A stretch of 61,086 nucleotides of DNA, the filler included, from Rhabdomonas costata (lineage: Eukaryota): the NCBI GenBank assembly GCA_019059605.1. It is 18 parts of 18 records of this genome, joined end to end, with 100 filler letters (N's around TTAATTAATTAA, not from the genome) between each part and the next. Parts side by side here need not be neighbours in the genome. Positions count along the whole stretch, not along the records: positions 10,160 to 13,445 come from JAHMHO010001057.1; positions 13,546 to 17,106 come from JAHMHO010001058.1; positions 17,207 to 20,491 come from JAHMHO010001059.1; positions 20,592 to 23,877 come from JAHMHO010001060.1; 14 more parts are not named here. One strand, given 5' to 3'. Each line of letters starts with the position of its first letter. Position 1 is the first letter of the stretch. The notes under the pieces were generated by a model. It saw only the letters and a program-made list of their open reading frames with translations, was not told the DNA's origin and made no database searches. This document shows, in pieces, positions 10,502 to 22,732 of the stretch. Both the position numbers and the translations under genes were made by a program.

Positions 10502-13390
10502 TTATTGTAGACTTGCGAGGGCCCTAAGGCACTCCATGACCTTCGGGTGCTGCTCGCCAAGCTGCTGCCTCCGAATACTCAAGGCCTCCGTGTATAGTGG
10601 CTCTGCCGCAGCAAGTCTGCCTTGCTTCTTGAACAGAACGGCAAGCCCACTGAGACTATCCGCGACCTTGGGATGCTGCTCTCCCAGCTTCTGCCTGTGA
10701 ATCCTCAAGGCCTCTTCGAGCAGTGGCTCTGCTGCGGAAAGCCTGCCTTGCTTCATGAACACAATAGCAAGCCCGCTCAGGCTGTCAGCCACCGTTGGAT
10801 GGTCGTTGCCCAGCTGCTGCCTACGAATCCTCAAGGCCTCCGTAATGAGTCGCTCTGCTTCGGTGAGCTTGTCTTGCTCTATGTATGCAGAAGCAAGGCC
10901 GGCCAGGCTCTCTGCAACCGTTGGATGGTCGTTGCCGAGGTGCTGCCTCCGAATCACCAAGGCCTCTTCGTGCAGTGACTCCGATGCGCTGAACTTGCCT
11001 TGATCCCTGAAGAGGTTGGCGAGGTTGTTTAGAGAGTCCGCAACCGTCGGATGGTCTTTGCTAAGTTGCTGCCTGCGAATCTGCAAGGCCTCCAAGAAGA
11101 GTGGTTCCGCTGCGGAGTAGTGGCCTTGCTCCATGAAGACGTTGGCAAAATTGTCCAAACAGGCGGCCACTCTCGGATGGTGCTCTCCATGTTGCTGTTT
11201 GCAGATGGCCAAGGCCTCCTCAAAGAGCAAGCCGTCCGTGAGCCATGAGTGTTCGCTCCATGGATCCTGCCTGGAGGGATTCCAAGCTCGGGCTACAGCC
11301 TGGGCACAGAGGACGGGGACGGAGTCGTCTTCTCCGGCGCCTTCCTCTCCTGTCCCAACATCAAGAAGAACTTCAAACATCAGCTTCATGAACTCTATTC
11401 AATAATGGCATTCCCATTTCCGAAAACTGAAAGGTGCGCTGGTTGGAACCATGATTCGATTGTTTCGGGTTTGCACCACAAGAGTACACGGAAGTGTCGA
11501 TAACAGTTCCTTTGCGTGATTTGATGGTGAAAAGTAAAAAGAGAAATCTAAAATCAAAAGAAAGCATATAAAAAAGCAGATGATTCGAACAAGATACACA
11601 ATGTAGGTACGTAAAGGCAGCATGAAAATGTATAAATGAGGGACAAACACTGGTTTGCGAGGTGGCAACGCTCAGCCATGTGGTGGCGAAAAATACCGTT
11701 CACAACTTTTTGAGAGCGATAAAAGACCATTGGTGCAAAAACAGCACAAATTCCATACTTAGCTGAAGCAAAGGACTACTCAAGAGCTCAACGCAGCTCG
11801 GGCGAAGAGCGGCTTGCGTCTGTAGGCATCTCTCAACAAGCTCCGTAAGGCCTGCCCCAAGGGCTTCCCGAGCACTCTCCGTCAGAACGTTTTCTGCTGT
11901 CACTTGTCGAATCCGGGGCCAAAGCTCATCGCATAACTCGGGCTGTGAGAAGTACTCCGGGAGCGTCCCGGTTCCCAGAACAGCGACTACCACCCCAAAG
12001 CTCCACACATCGAAGCCAAAGGTCAATCCAGTGATCTCATCGAAGTCGGGCGGCATATACGGAGGAGAACCCTGAAATGGGTTTCGTCGAAAGAGATCAT
12101 CGCTCTGGAAATAGGAGATCCCAAAGCCCGTGAGCTTCACTGTGCCCACCGCGGACACCAGGATTTTGCTCGGCTTGAGGTTGAAGTGAACAACACCTAG
12201 CGCGCCAAAAAAAATAAATGTGTCAACGGAATGAAATGGAGATGGTAGGGAATAACATCTTAAGTTGCGCTGACAACGATGCCCTGCATAAACCCCCTCC
12301 CCCCACCTTTGTTTTTTTTTGGGGGGGGGGAGGGGAGAGCTCGAACCCACCCCATGCATTTCTGGCTTCGCTTGGAATAGTATGCTGCTTGCTTTGAAAC
12401 AAAAAGCGAATCACCTAAACAGCGGTCGCTGTACAGCCCAACAATCGGAATCTATTGAAAGGACACATACGGCTGCACGTCGCCACCACGATTCAAAGGA
12501 GAATTATTGCGTTGCGCTGGAGGGGAGGGGCGAGCATCTAGAAGGAGGGCAGTCGCTCCCCACCTACCCAGCACCCACCCCAGGGGGTTGATTTCTTCCA
12601 CATGGCTCCATGGCTCCCCATGGGCTTCCCTACCACCCCTTTTTCTGCAGCTTCTGATTTGATGTAATTTTCGATTGCCTGCTCCCAACCTTCGAAAAGT
12701 GAAGGAAACAATGCATATCGTTTGCGACGTCATATCGTAGAGTTGACAAGCGAGAAGGGCTCTCTGCTGTTGGAAAGGCCACACAATGCGATTACGAGGG
12801 AGCTGTACCTTGTCCGTGAAGATAGTTCAGCCCAGTCAGGACTTGCCTCAGGTATTTGGGAAGAAGGTTCCGCGGAAAGGCACCGTGGCTGTCAAGTAAG
12901 AGCTGCAACGAGCAAAGCACCTTTTCTTGCACGATGCAGCCACAGGAAGGAAAACATCGCTCGTCTGCAGCAACATCGAGCAGCGAGACGACGTTTTCAT
13001 GGCAAAGCCGCCTCAGAGTCTCCACCTGAAGGAAAAGTGATCAAATATTTCCGAATCACGGTCATGAACAGGATGCCTCTCAAACCTTATTCTCTTAACG
13101 AACGGAGAGCACACCTCTTTGGAGAAGCTCTCGCCTTCTCTCACCACCTTAACAGCGGCCTCAAGCTTCAAATGAGAGCTGAACGCCGGAAAAACATTGC
13201 CGCTACTTCCCTTGCCCACCATGTGCGCAATAATTCTCCACTCGCCCCGTTCTCCGCGAAGGATGGCTACTGCGGGCACGGCGGGGACGGGATCCAGCAG
13301 GCGATGAAAGTCCTTCTCGCTCATGGTTGCAAAGGAGGTCAGGGATGAGGATCTGGAGAGGGTCTTCGGCGATGATGTCTCCATCTCCAT
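10502..13390 (-). CDS. Pseudokinase fused to kinesin-light-chain-type TPR array; exons 13390-13115, 13025-12809, 12196-11759, 11394-10502
   Basis: All three introns are GT-AG and phase-compatible (0,1,1). Kinase motifs GKGSSG, AAVK, HENVV, GLNYLH, HFNLKPSK, KLTGFG, DVWSFG and RPSCVELL; six 42-aa repeats EAL.IRRQQLG.DHP.VA.SL..LA. Confidence 0.85.
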
Positions 13391-13699
13391 TCCGGCAAAG
13401 GGAAGAACGCTTGATAAGAAAAAGGGGTGGTGCCACACCAAACCCNNNNNNNNNNNNNNNNNNNNNNNNNNNNNNNNNNNNNNNNNNNNTTAATTAATTA
13501 ANNNNNNNNNNNNNNNNNNNNNNNNNNNNNNNNNNNNNNNNNNNNCATCAGCGTCAAAATAAAAACGCATAGCACGCGTGTCTGCTGGAAGCCATAAAAA
13601 TCACAAAACTCAAATGAAAGTCTTTCAAAATGAACTGGAAAAACGTGGAAAAGTGCAAACCACATGGTAACTAAATATATTTGACAAGATCCTAAAAGT

Positions 13700-13935
13700 G
13701 TGTACTCGGTATTCATGCATTCTGTCTTCGGGTTGATCAGTTGGGAATTCGGCCTTTGGTATTTGGCGTTTGTGCATTCGTGCATTCGGGATTTATGCGT
13801 TCGGGGTTCGGTGTTTGGCATTCGGCATTCGGGTTGGCTTCTCCTTTTCAGATGCTTGCTGTAGGATATTCCGATATTCATGGGTATGGGTTGCGGTTTC
13901 CATTTGGGGTTCGTTGCATTCGGGGTTTGGGTTGA
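13700..13935. repeat. Degenerate ATTCGG/GCATTCG-type short tandem repeat; related tract at about 14462-14552
   Basis: Recurring (gc)attcg(gg), ttcgggg and tttgg units. Confidence 0.55.
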
Positions 13936-14918
13936 TGACCTTAGATAGCGGTATTATGTCGTACCTAGTGATAGGTGGCATGAGATTAGCGAAGGCCATC
14001 TATCACGAAGTGTGGTGTTCAACATTTCGTGAGTATGCGACCGTATGAGAGCATACTACCAGCAAAGAATAGGGGCCCCTGCCATGACCATCCCCTCTAT
14101 CTGTCATTCTACCAGTGGTCTTATTCACTTCACTTCTCATGCATCTCTCTCTTTCGACATTTTTGTGTGGTTTTTACACAAGAGAGTCCTTTTTGCATCT
14201 CGTAGTCCATCATCAACCCACACTATTCCACATTCCTCCACCAACATTTGCTCAGAATTTGCTCAAAGCTCTGAATTCCTACACCCCCTCAGTCTCCCAA
14301 ATCTGCAGTAAGGGTGCACGTCGGACTCCACTTAGATTAATTCCATACTTTTGTGTCTCAGAGTGGCATCTATCACATTTTCTGAAGTTACCATGGCTGG
14401 TACAGTAATTTCTCGCTTTGATGTAAAGTTAGCGTACATGGAGCCTGCATTTTTTTGCCTTTAGGGATCTGGGATTCGTGTTTAGCTTCGTGGTTCTGGG
14501 TTAGTGTCTCGGGATTCTCCTTTCGGTATTCGGTCTTTGGGTTCGGGGTTCCTGATGTCCAAACATGCTACTGACCAAGAAGCATACCAGGGAAGTGTGA
14601 GGCGAGTCCTATGCGTACGCCACCGGCCACAGTGTAGGACCTCATCTACAACATCACGCGTGGGGATTAAAAACAAAACGGGTAGTCTGTAGTACCGCCA
14701 TCATGCATCCCACGTGTAGCCATTTCTGAAGTAGTGGTTACGCACCCACCACAGTAGCGCGTGGTATGGTAAAGCCGAACTGAGCCCAGTAGCGTATGCA
14801 CACAATGGCCGTAGTAGGTACAAAATGGTGGTAGGACGCTGTTGTATGGCCACGGCATTATAGTAAATGGGCGTGTATGCCAATGTATGGGCTCTGTTAC
14901 CCTATTAGTGGTGTATAC

Positions 14919-15074
14919 GTGTGTATGTGTGTTTGTGTGTGTGTGTNNNNNNNNNNNNNNNNNNNNNNNNNNNNNNNNNNNNNNNNNNNNNNNNNNNNNN
15001 NNNNNNNNNNNNNNNNNNNNNNNNNNNNNNNNNNNNNNNNNNNNNNNNTGTGTGTGTGTGTGTGTTTGTGTGTG
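14919..15074. repeat. (TG)n microsatellite spanning an internal 102-N gap (14947-15048)
   Basis: TG runs on both sides of the gap. Confidence 0.9.
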
Positions 15075-15243
15075 GATACCAGTGTCAGGGTTAGGCATAT
15101 GGGGGTAGGTTAGTGCAATGCGATCCTATGCTACGAAGCCAGCCTTGCATGGCGGTGGTCTGCTACGGCATGGTGTCATCATCGGTGGCATAGGTTGTAC
15201 CCCGACCCTGTCGTGGTCCGTTGTGACAAAGACCCAAAGACCT

Positions 15244-15246
<3 letters not shown>

Positions 15247-15273
<27 letters not shown>
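15247..15273. repeat. (CT)n microsatellite; another at 26038-26061
   Basis: Direct inspection. Confidence 0.9.
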
Positions 15274-15278
<5 letters not shown>

Positions 15279-15519
15279 CCGCTCGTCGTGGGCGCACTCT
15301 CATTGGGCCACCCACGTCGTTACCCTGCCTGTTGCCTGTTCTTCCGCATGAACCCCGATGTAAAGCCAGTGTGCCACGACGGGACAGGAGGAGCGGAAGC
15401 GAAGGAAGAGACACGTATTCGAGTGAAGCGACAACGAAACCCAGAAGGGAGTACAAGCACAAAAGCGGCAAGCAATACGGAACGGAGCACAAAACCAAGT
15501 GCCTTTCGGCTCGGGCTAT

Positions 15520-16400
15520 TCACGAAAAGGTGTTTCCAAAGAATGCCGGGACGACTGGTAGCCCTCCTGGGGGGCCGCGGGCAACGATGGCCAAATTTAA
15601 ATGCCCAATACCCAAAGGAACATGCGTGCGTTTGTGCGGGTGGGTCATGGTGGCATGTCCAGGAAAACCAGCGCGTCCAGAATGGATTTCCACTTCGGTG
15701 GAATCTCCACCTTCAAAAGTAACACAGCCCGCCACCGTGAACTTGGAGAAATGGAGTCCAGCAATCAAATTAATATTCGTTTGTACGGAGCGGTCGAAAC
15801 AAAGCAAATTTCTGGTCAGTACTATCGGTTGTCACTGAACCGCAGTCAATAACAGCATCCATTGAAAATTAAGAAGCTCAGTCCAAAGTCTGAGATTAGC
15901 ATCCCCTTCGAATTGTTGTGAAACCGCTTCCCTCCAAGGAGCCTGGAAGTCCTTGTCTAACAACGATTCTTGCTCCAGGAGCCCAGGGACACAAACAGGG
16001 AGCACACCAAGGAGGGCACTTTGGAGGAAGTGCCAGTACTTCTTTAATGCCAAAGCAAAAGTATTGAAACCAAACAAAAGCTGGGAGCGGCCTAAGCCGC
16101 AACCACAACACGAAAGAGGATTTCTCCATGACTCTAAGACACCAGCTCTGCGCCACTGCCTCTTTAATTTTCAACCGAACCGAGGAAAGCCAGTCCGGAA
16201 TAAAGCAGGGGGTGTAGTGGCGCAGGTCAGGCTGAACAGACACCCCCTCACGACAGCAGCACATTTTAATTCATGACAAAAGCTTTCTCCATGTCGGCCT
16301 TTCCCACCATACAATCACCCGAAATGCCAGTTCCCTGGGTATTGGGAACACTTGAGAGCTTTCACACCAGAAGCCAACAACCCCCTTCGCGCGATCACGC
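15520..16400 (-). mobile_element. Possible highly decayed non-LTR retrotransposon fragment
   Basis: Broken ORF pieces; VKALKCSQYPGNW weakly resembles the RT end motif F.YLG.W. Weak support. Confidence 0.25.
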
Positions 16401-17312
16401 CTTCCACATCCCTTTAAAAAGGTTGCAGTTCTTTGTCACAAGGGGAAGGGACCGCCTGTGAAATGCAAGCAAAGAAAGGAAAGCACAGCCTCAGATCCCG
16501 GGGAGGGGTGGAGAGTTGTACATCATTTCTTTGCACCAGAAAAGATAGCGGGAAAAGTCCTCTTCGGAAGGCAAACAAATCAAAAGAGGCGCAAGAACAG
16601 TTTGTCTCACAGCCTCATCCATCGCCCCCCCCCCTTCCCGCACGAAAAAACGCGGTGGCGGGTTCCCTAATTTGCTCGTTTACGTTTACGGGTGCCGTTC
16701 ATTAGAAAAAAGAGCTCGGAGTGATCAAGGGCTACGGGTGCGACGACCCAAGCGACCTCTCAAAGAAGGAAAAAAGCTCCTATTTAAAAATGAGGTATTT
16801 TAATGAGTTCATTTCAATCATACACTTTGTTTGAGACCCCCCCCCGCGGATGGACGCTTCTGAAACGACCAACATGAAGACGAAAAGGAACTCATACAAA
16901 CAAATTCAAGACACCGCTCGCAATAGGGCCACTACACCGCGGACGAGGACACCCCGTTCTGGGCTGAGGAGACCGCGGTGGCGGTGTGGGCCTGAACCCA
17001 ATCCGGGCTGAGCTGAGCGTGCGTGCTGTGGTTATCGTTGAACACCCTCAGGGGGCACATCATCCCGGGGGTCACCTCCACTCCATCGGGCGAGAGCACC
17101 ACCACANNNNNNNNNNNNNNNNNNNNNNNNNNNNNNNNNNNNNNNNNNNNTTAATTAATTAANNNNNNNNNNNNNNNNNNNNNNNNNNNNNNNNNNNNNN
17201 NNNNNNGTGTGTGGTGAGGTTTGTAAAGTCCGTCACACAGTCGTACTCATATTGCTACGCCAACTACTCAGCCCCCTTTTCGGGGTTATTTTATAAATGT
17301 TGCATTTTACAG

Positions 17313-17687
17313 GTGTGCTGCTCTGTCATTACGTGGGCGGTGTACCTGGGCTTCGTAAGCCAGTGCGTGATCCCAGGCGTCACCAAGGGCTCTGGTTGGT
17401 GCCTGGCTGTAGCGGCCTTCTCTCTGGCCTGCGTGGGCCTCCTGCTGCTCATTCTCTGGTGCCTGATGTGCCCCCGTATTCCGCAAGAGGTCATCACAAC
17501 CGTTCCATGCCCACCACCAGTGGTGTGCACCAGCCTGCCCGACGCTTATATGACCTCCGCTGCGGCACCGATCGGACAGCCCGTGTTTCCCCAGCTCCCG
17601 CTGTACTCACAGTACATCGAGCCCTCGGTGGCGTTCGGGTACACCGCCCCGGAATCGACCCCTGTACTCTCAGACACACCCATGTAA
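17313..17687 (+). CDS. Last exon of an amastin/claudin-like membrane protein with Pro-rich tail
   Basis: ttttacag acceptor; two hydrophobic helices VCCSVITWAVYLGF and GSGWCLAVAAFSLACVGLLLLILW (G.G..L.V.A pattern typical of the last helix of claudin/amastin-like proteins); TAA stop. Confidence 0.5.
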   Translation: MCCSVITWAVYLGFVSQCVIPGVTKGSGWCLAVAAFSLACVGLLLLILWCLMCPRIPQEVITTVPCPPPVVCTSLPDAYMTSAAAPIGQPVFPQLPLYSQYIEPSVAFGYTAPESTPVLSDTPM

Positions 17688-18703
17688 TGGCTGTAACTTT
17701 ATGAACTTTATCAAGTAAGGGCTCTGATGGAATGACCGGGGTGCCTACCGCTGGATGGGGTCGGAGTTTGGTGGGTTCTGAACATTTTGTATTTTGTGCA
17801 TCTTCCACTTTGTGCTGATTCACCCTCCCACAAATTGCCCTTTATGTTTGACAACTCCTGGACACTCCAGGCTGGGAGCTTTCTCTGTGTGTTACCAGCT
17901 TTCTGCCCACTTTCTGCTCCACTCCCTTTCCTTAAACTTATACACCCTGCGCCTTTTTAAATTTTTGCGTATTATTTGATCTGAACTCAGTGGTATATTT
18001 CTGACCCCGAGCTGAACTTTGTGTGCCGGTTATTCAATGTGTGTTTTTATTCTGTGATGTGCTGCTTTGTTTGGATTCCCTTGCAGGCTGGTGCAGACTG
18101 TAGTGAGGTTGGACTGCTTTTCGGGACGGTGCCCGGTAAGTCTTGGGGTGTTTTCATGGTTGATGGGAACTCTTCCCTCCCTTGCGATTTGCGTCTAGCC
18201 TAGTGCACCAGGTTATTGCGGCAGACCACTTATTTATAATCGGATCAAGCCTGGTTAGTGTCGTCTTTGAGTCAATCAGACACTTGGCGGAGATGGACTG
18301 AAGCGGCAATATGAACTTCATTTGTATTTTTGGTTGGTTCTTTTGTTCCATCTGTGATCTGTATATTGAAACAGACTGCGCTTTTTCCAATGTATCGGCG
18401 CACTTGCTCTTGTTGCTGAAAAGATCTCCACGTTTTGATCAATGTCGCTGCTTCTTTTCGGCACCTGGTGCGCTGGTGGGCTTTGGCCAAAATAATTGAA
18501 GGTGAATTGCGGTTCCCACGTTTGGCATGAGTCGCGTCAGCACGACGAAGACATGCAATTCCGAGCACCATGCTCGGTTACCCGTTGTCCATGGCTCCTT
18601 TCAATTCTTCCCGCAATCCCTCAGTCCGAATCCTTTTGGAACACACACATACTATTTCATCTCTCACTTTAAAGGTGGCCCGGATAATATTTTGGGCGAT
18701 TCA

Positions 18704-20333
18704 ATGGCCAGCACGTCCCCGCGGCTCTACAACCACCCCCATTGCGGGAAAGACTGCAAGCTCTCCTCCAGGGAGCACTCCATCACTATTGCGGAGAAGT
18801 CTCGCACGGTATACCGCCTGGACTGTCCCTCCACGAAGATCCTCCACGACGCCCCCCAGCACGTCGACATGAAGGCTGTGAAGGCCGCCTGTGAGAAGGC
18901 CCTTGGCCGGGACACTCCCATAGCCATGATCCCGGAGGGCCAGCCTTTGGAGCAGACCGTTCTGGACCTCCACGCCGAGGGGAAGGAGCAGAACCCGTTT
19001 TATATTGTGGAACTCTCGGTGTGCTCCCTGGTTTTTGAAGCTTTCTTGGTGGAGGTGCTTCAGTAGCATCGTAGATTCCGGATGCGCGAGTCGCTCTCGA
19101 GTCAATTGGAGAGACTTTCGCCAACTTGGAGAACTGAGGGGCCATCTTGTTGGACGCTCTAAAGACGCTCTAAAGATATGTCAGTGTCTGGATATGTGGA
19201 CTATAAGTGGTTGCATGTAAATGGTTGACCTGGTAGTTGCTCTTGCCGAGATGATGAGTTCCGCTAATCTCCGTTCGCGTGTTGAGTGATGCAGGAGCAC
19301 AGCGGGACTGTTTGTGGTTTGTGGCCTTCCCCTCAGCTGGAGAGCCTCAGATGACTCGGGTGGCCTTTGCTGGCCTCCCACTTTTGCGTTTTGTTCGCAT
19401 CGCTTCAGTGCTTGTTGCCCATCATCAAGCGCGTTGTGGCCTTTCCTTGAGTTGTATGACCCGCGCGATTTTGTGACTTGTGTGCTGCGCAGGCCCCTGT
19501 AAGAAAGTTGGAGTCCTGGCGGCGCTTCATGCCGCGGATCCTTCCTCACTACGCCGTGAAGTGCAACTCGGACAGAGGCATCGTGGCTGCCCTGGCCGCT
19601 GCGGGCGCGGGCTTTGACTGCGCAACTCCCGCGGAGATTGACATCGTGATGGGCCTCGGTGTGCCGTCGTTGACGAAATGAGATGATTCCCCGCGTGCGT
19701 TTTTCATGTGACAGTCAGGAACATGTCATGGGTCATCTTAGCTGTGCCCTACTATACTTTGCAGAGCTGCCATTATGGTGCTTCAACATCAAACGTCGAG
19801 TGCTGCGCAAAACTGACGTCAATGAACATATTATTCTAAGGGTGCCTTGATGGATATCTGGCTACATGTCATTTTGGTGCGAAGACTCGGTTGAAAAGCG
19901 GGGTTGGCTGCAGTCATTCGTGACGTGAACTTCACAATGTAGCTTAGCACCTGTATGGTGTGCCTGGGTTTTCATGACTTTTTAGTGAGGATTCTGTTGG
20001 AGGAACGCTGAAGGTTGTAAAGCTTTCGCCTTTCCAGAATTCGTTGAGTAACATTTGCTGCTGCCCTGGGGGGGGGGACAAACAGACCGAGTTCAGCTTT
20101 TCAGTCACTCCCAGTTCATCACGGGCATGGATATTTTATTGTTCGCATGTTTTTTTAGGTGTTCACCCCTCGAAGATCATCTACTCCAACCCGTGCAAGA
20201 CCCCTGCGTACATCTCCGAGGCTGGGGAGAGGGGCGTGCACCGCATGGTCTTCGACAACGCCGACGAGATTCAAAAGATGCTGTCTCACAACCCCAAAGT
20301 CCAGCTCGTTCTGCGCTTGATTGTGGAAGACGC
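18704..20333 (+). CDS. ODC: Ornithine decarboxylase (fold III PLP), 5' part; exons 18704-19018, 19493-19658, 20159-20333
   Basis: PFYIVEL, PHYAVKCN (PLP lysine), GFDCA, IIYSNPCK, FDNADE and LVLRL motifs; GT-AG phase-compatible introns; truncated by the contig end. Confidence 0.92.
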
Positions 20334-21449
20334 GTATGATGCAACTTTTGTTTTGCGCGTGTGAGCTAAGCGGCTGGCCTTCTGTTGCCAGCAACCATCA
20401 AGGAGAGGTTTCCAATGCAGCAGGGTATGTTGGTATAAATTAAACGCCGCCTTTGAACCTCCCACGCTCTGAAACTGACCTCTAATTTAATNNNNNNNNN
20501 NNNNNNNNNNNNNNNNNNNNNNNNNNNNNNNNNNNTTAATTAATTAANNNNNNNNNNNNNNNNNNNNNNNNNNNNNNNNNNNNNNNNNNNNGGTTGTGGT
20601 GTTCCGGTATGACTCTGGAAAACGCTCAATCATTGTTTTGAACTTGGCCTGCGCGCTAGTAAAGTCGCTGCTTTGCATGCGCACATTTGCTTGAAACTCC
20701 TGCATTATTTGGTAGTCGTAGTACTTGGAAAGGCACGTCTGTTGCACGAGGCAAATGTGCCTTTTCGTTACAGAATTCTTCGTCTTGAGTCACCAAATGC
20801 TATCTTTTCCTAGCTAATTGAGACCTGGTCCGGTACTAGTCGATGTTGTTTTCGTTGCTTAAATCGGACGAGCCATTTAAGAAAGTGCAAAAGTTTCCCA
20901 AGTTTTTGCGTTTGTTTCTTGAATTTTAGGTACGCATGCTGCTTTTGCGGTTTCTAGCTGGTGACGGTCTGGAGAGATTGCCACGTAACTTGCACGGAAT
21001 TTTGATCAAGATCATTAAATCTGTTTGGTTTTGTGACATTAGTGTGATGGCTTGGTCCAGTAGGGATGGTGAATTCCTGCGGTAGTGGCGCTGGCTGCGG
21101 TACCTGAGTTCTTGGGGTGATCCTGAAGGGTTTTGTTGTCCTCATTCAGGTTTCTTACCACTCATCGTTGTTTATTTCTATTCCCACACAACTAGATGCA
21201 CCATGATGTTCTTTTTTTGGATTTGAAGGACCTGTTGTTTATCAATGTTTCTCTTGTAGTAACCATATTCTGTCACAGCAGTGGTGACAAAAATTCACTG
21301 AGTTGTTTCTTTGGTGTGCGGCTGCGCAGATCGAAACTAAACCTCCGGTATCCAGGAACTACACTGGGTTTTTACCCAGTTGATTTCAGTTAACAAACTC
21401 CACCTCGAGAACCCCTTCTGGGTTTGATCTCAGTTTACTATCTCCTCCA

Positions 21450-22460
21450 CTGGAGCGAAGAATAATCGATGGAAACTTTTACAGGTATGTGGATTATAAA
21501 GAAAGAAGGAGAAGGAACTAATAGGAAAATTAAAGCACGCCGGATAATTCCGATACTTTGCTTGGCGTTTGGGATTTTGGAAGCTCAGAAGTATGTAAAA
21601 GAAATCCAAGAGGGAATTTACAAGTAAAACATTGGAAAACTCTCACAAAAGTAAAAGCTTTGATGGATATTGATTCTGAAGCCTGATTGTTAATTGGGAA
21701 AACATGGTAAAAAGTTTTTCGACAATTTTGAGCGGTAGACCTGCATTTTTAATAAATCTAAGGCAGTCATGGGAAAACATGCAATACTGTACAAAACATG
21801 GTCAACGATGGAATGGGGGGATGAAAAGCGCAATGTAACGCAAGGGAACGTGAACAAAGGCGCTGGTTGAGGACACTGCGCAGCACGATTGTAACAAAAA
21901 CAGCATGTTAAAAGACTGTGATGTGTCAAAGGTGGTGGGTTGTCGAGCCATGATTTGGCCCAAAAGATGAATGATGGAAGAATGAGCGAGAGAATGGGCC
22001 ATAAACGTGGGTGGAGAATGGGACTTGCCAAAGGGCAGAACAAGAAAAAGAATTTCGTGGAAAAGGGGGTCCAATCGGAAAGATGCGAGCAAAATCGATA
22101 GAATTTCTTGAGGAACTGGTGAGAGGCGCGGATTTGATCCAAAAGCTGTTTTTTGTGTGGTCAAAGGCGAATGCGAGAGAAGGATGCTTCATGGGAATGC
22201 ACAAAGGACTAAGGCATCATTGGGATATGAGACGCAGAGAGATTGGGACTGAGTTCTGTGTTCTGAGCGGACGCAACACCCACCCACACTAGGAGCAATG
22301 GTGAGCCAAAGATCCGGTAATGAATGTGGCAGGGCTGTAGTCGCAGGTGGAATTGAAAAGACGAGTAATGAAGTGTTTGCGCGAAAGCTGTGGATGATAT
22401 AAAAATGGGCGAAGTCATGGTTTGGAAAGTTAAAGAGGACAAGGGTGACTAGAGGGTGAT
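21450..22460 (+). mobile_element. Decayed LINE (L1/Tx1-like) ORF2 3' remnant
   Basis: In correct order across frameshifts: VCGL, RY/LLGVW (RT end), VKGGGLSSHDL (post-RT GGL motif) and SCFLCG...ASWEC (zf-RVT-like); purine-rich sense strand. Confidence 0.55.
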
Positions 22461-22732
22461 GGCAAAGGAACGTTGTTATCTTGATGAGGGGAAAAATGGC
22501 ACGAGCCTGTTTGCGGGTTGGGGTGACCTTCAAAGTAGGCCGGGCTCTGTGGCACCAGGGCTGGCTAGAGGAAGGGGTTCCGCGACTCCGGGGACAAAGA
22601 TATGGGACGTGGAGCTCAAAATCCCGTGGCGTTCTGGAATAAGACTTCATTGTTAAGCTGGTTGAACTGTGTGGCACAATTTGTGATCTAGAAAAAGCAC
22701 ACGGACAGGGCGGGCAACCAGGAATCAGACGT

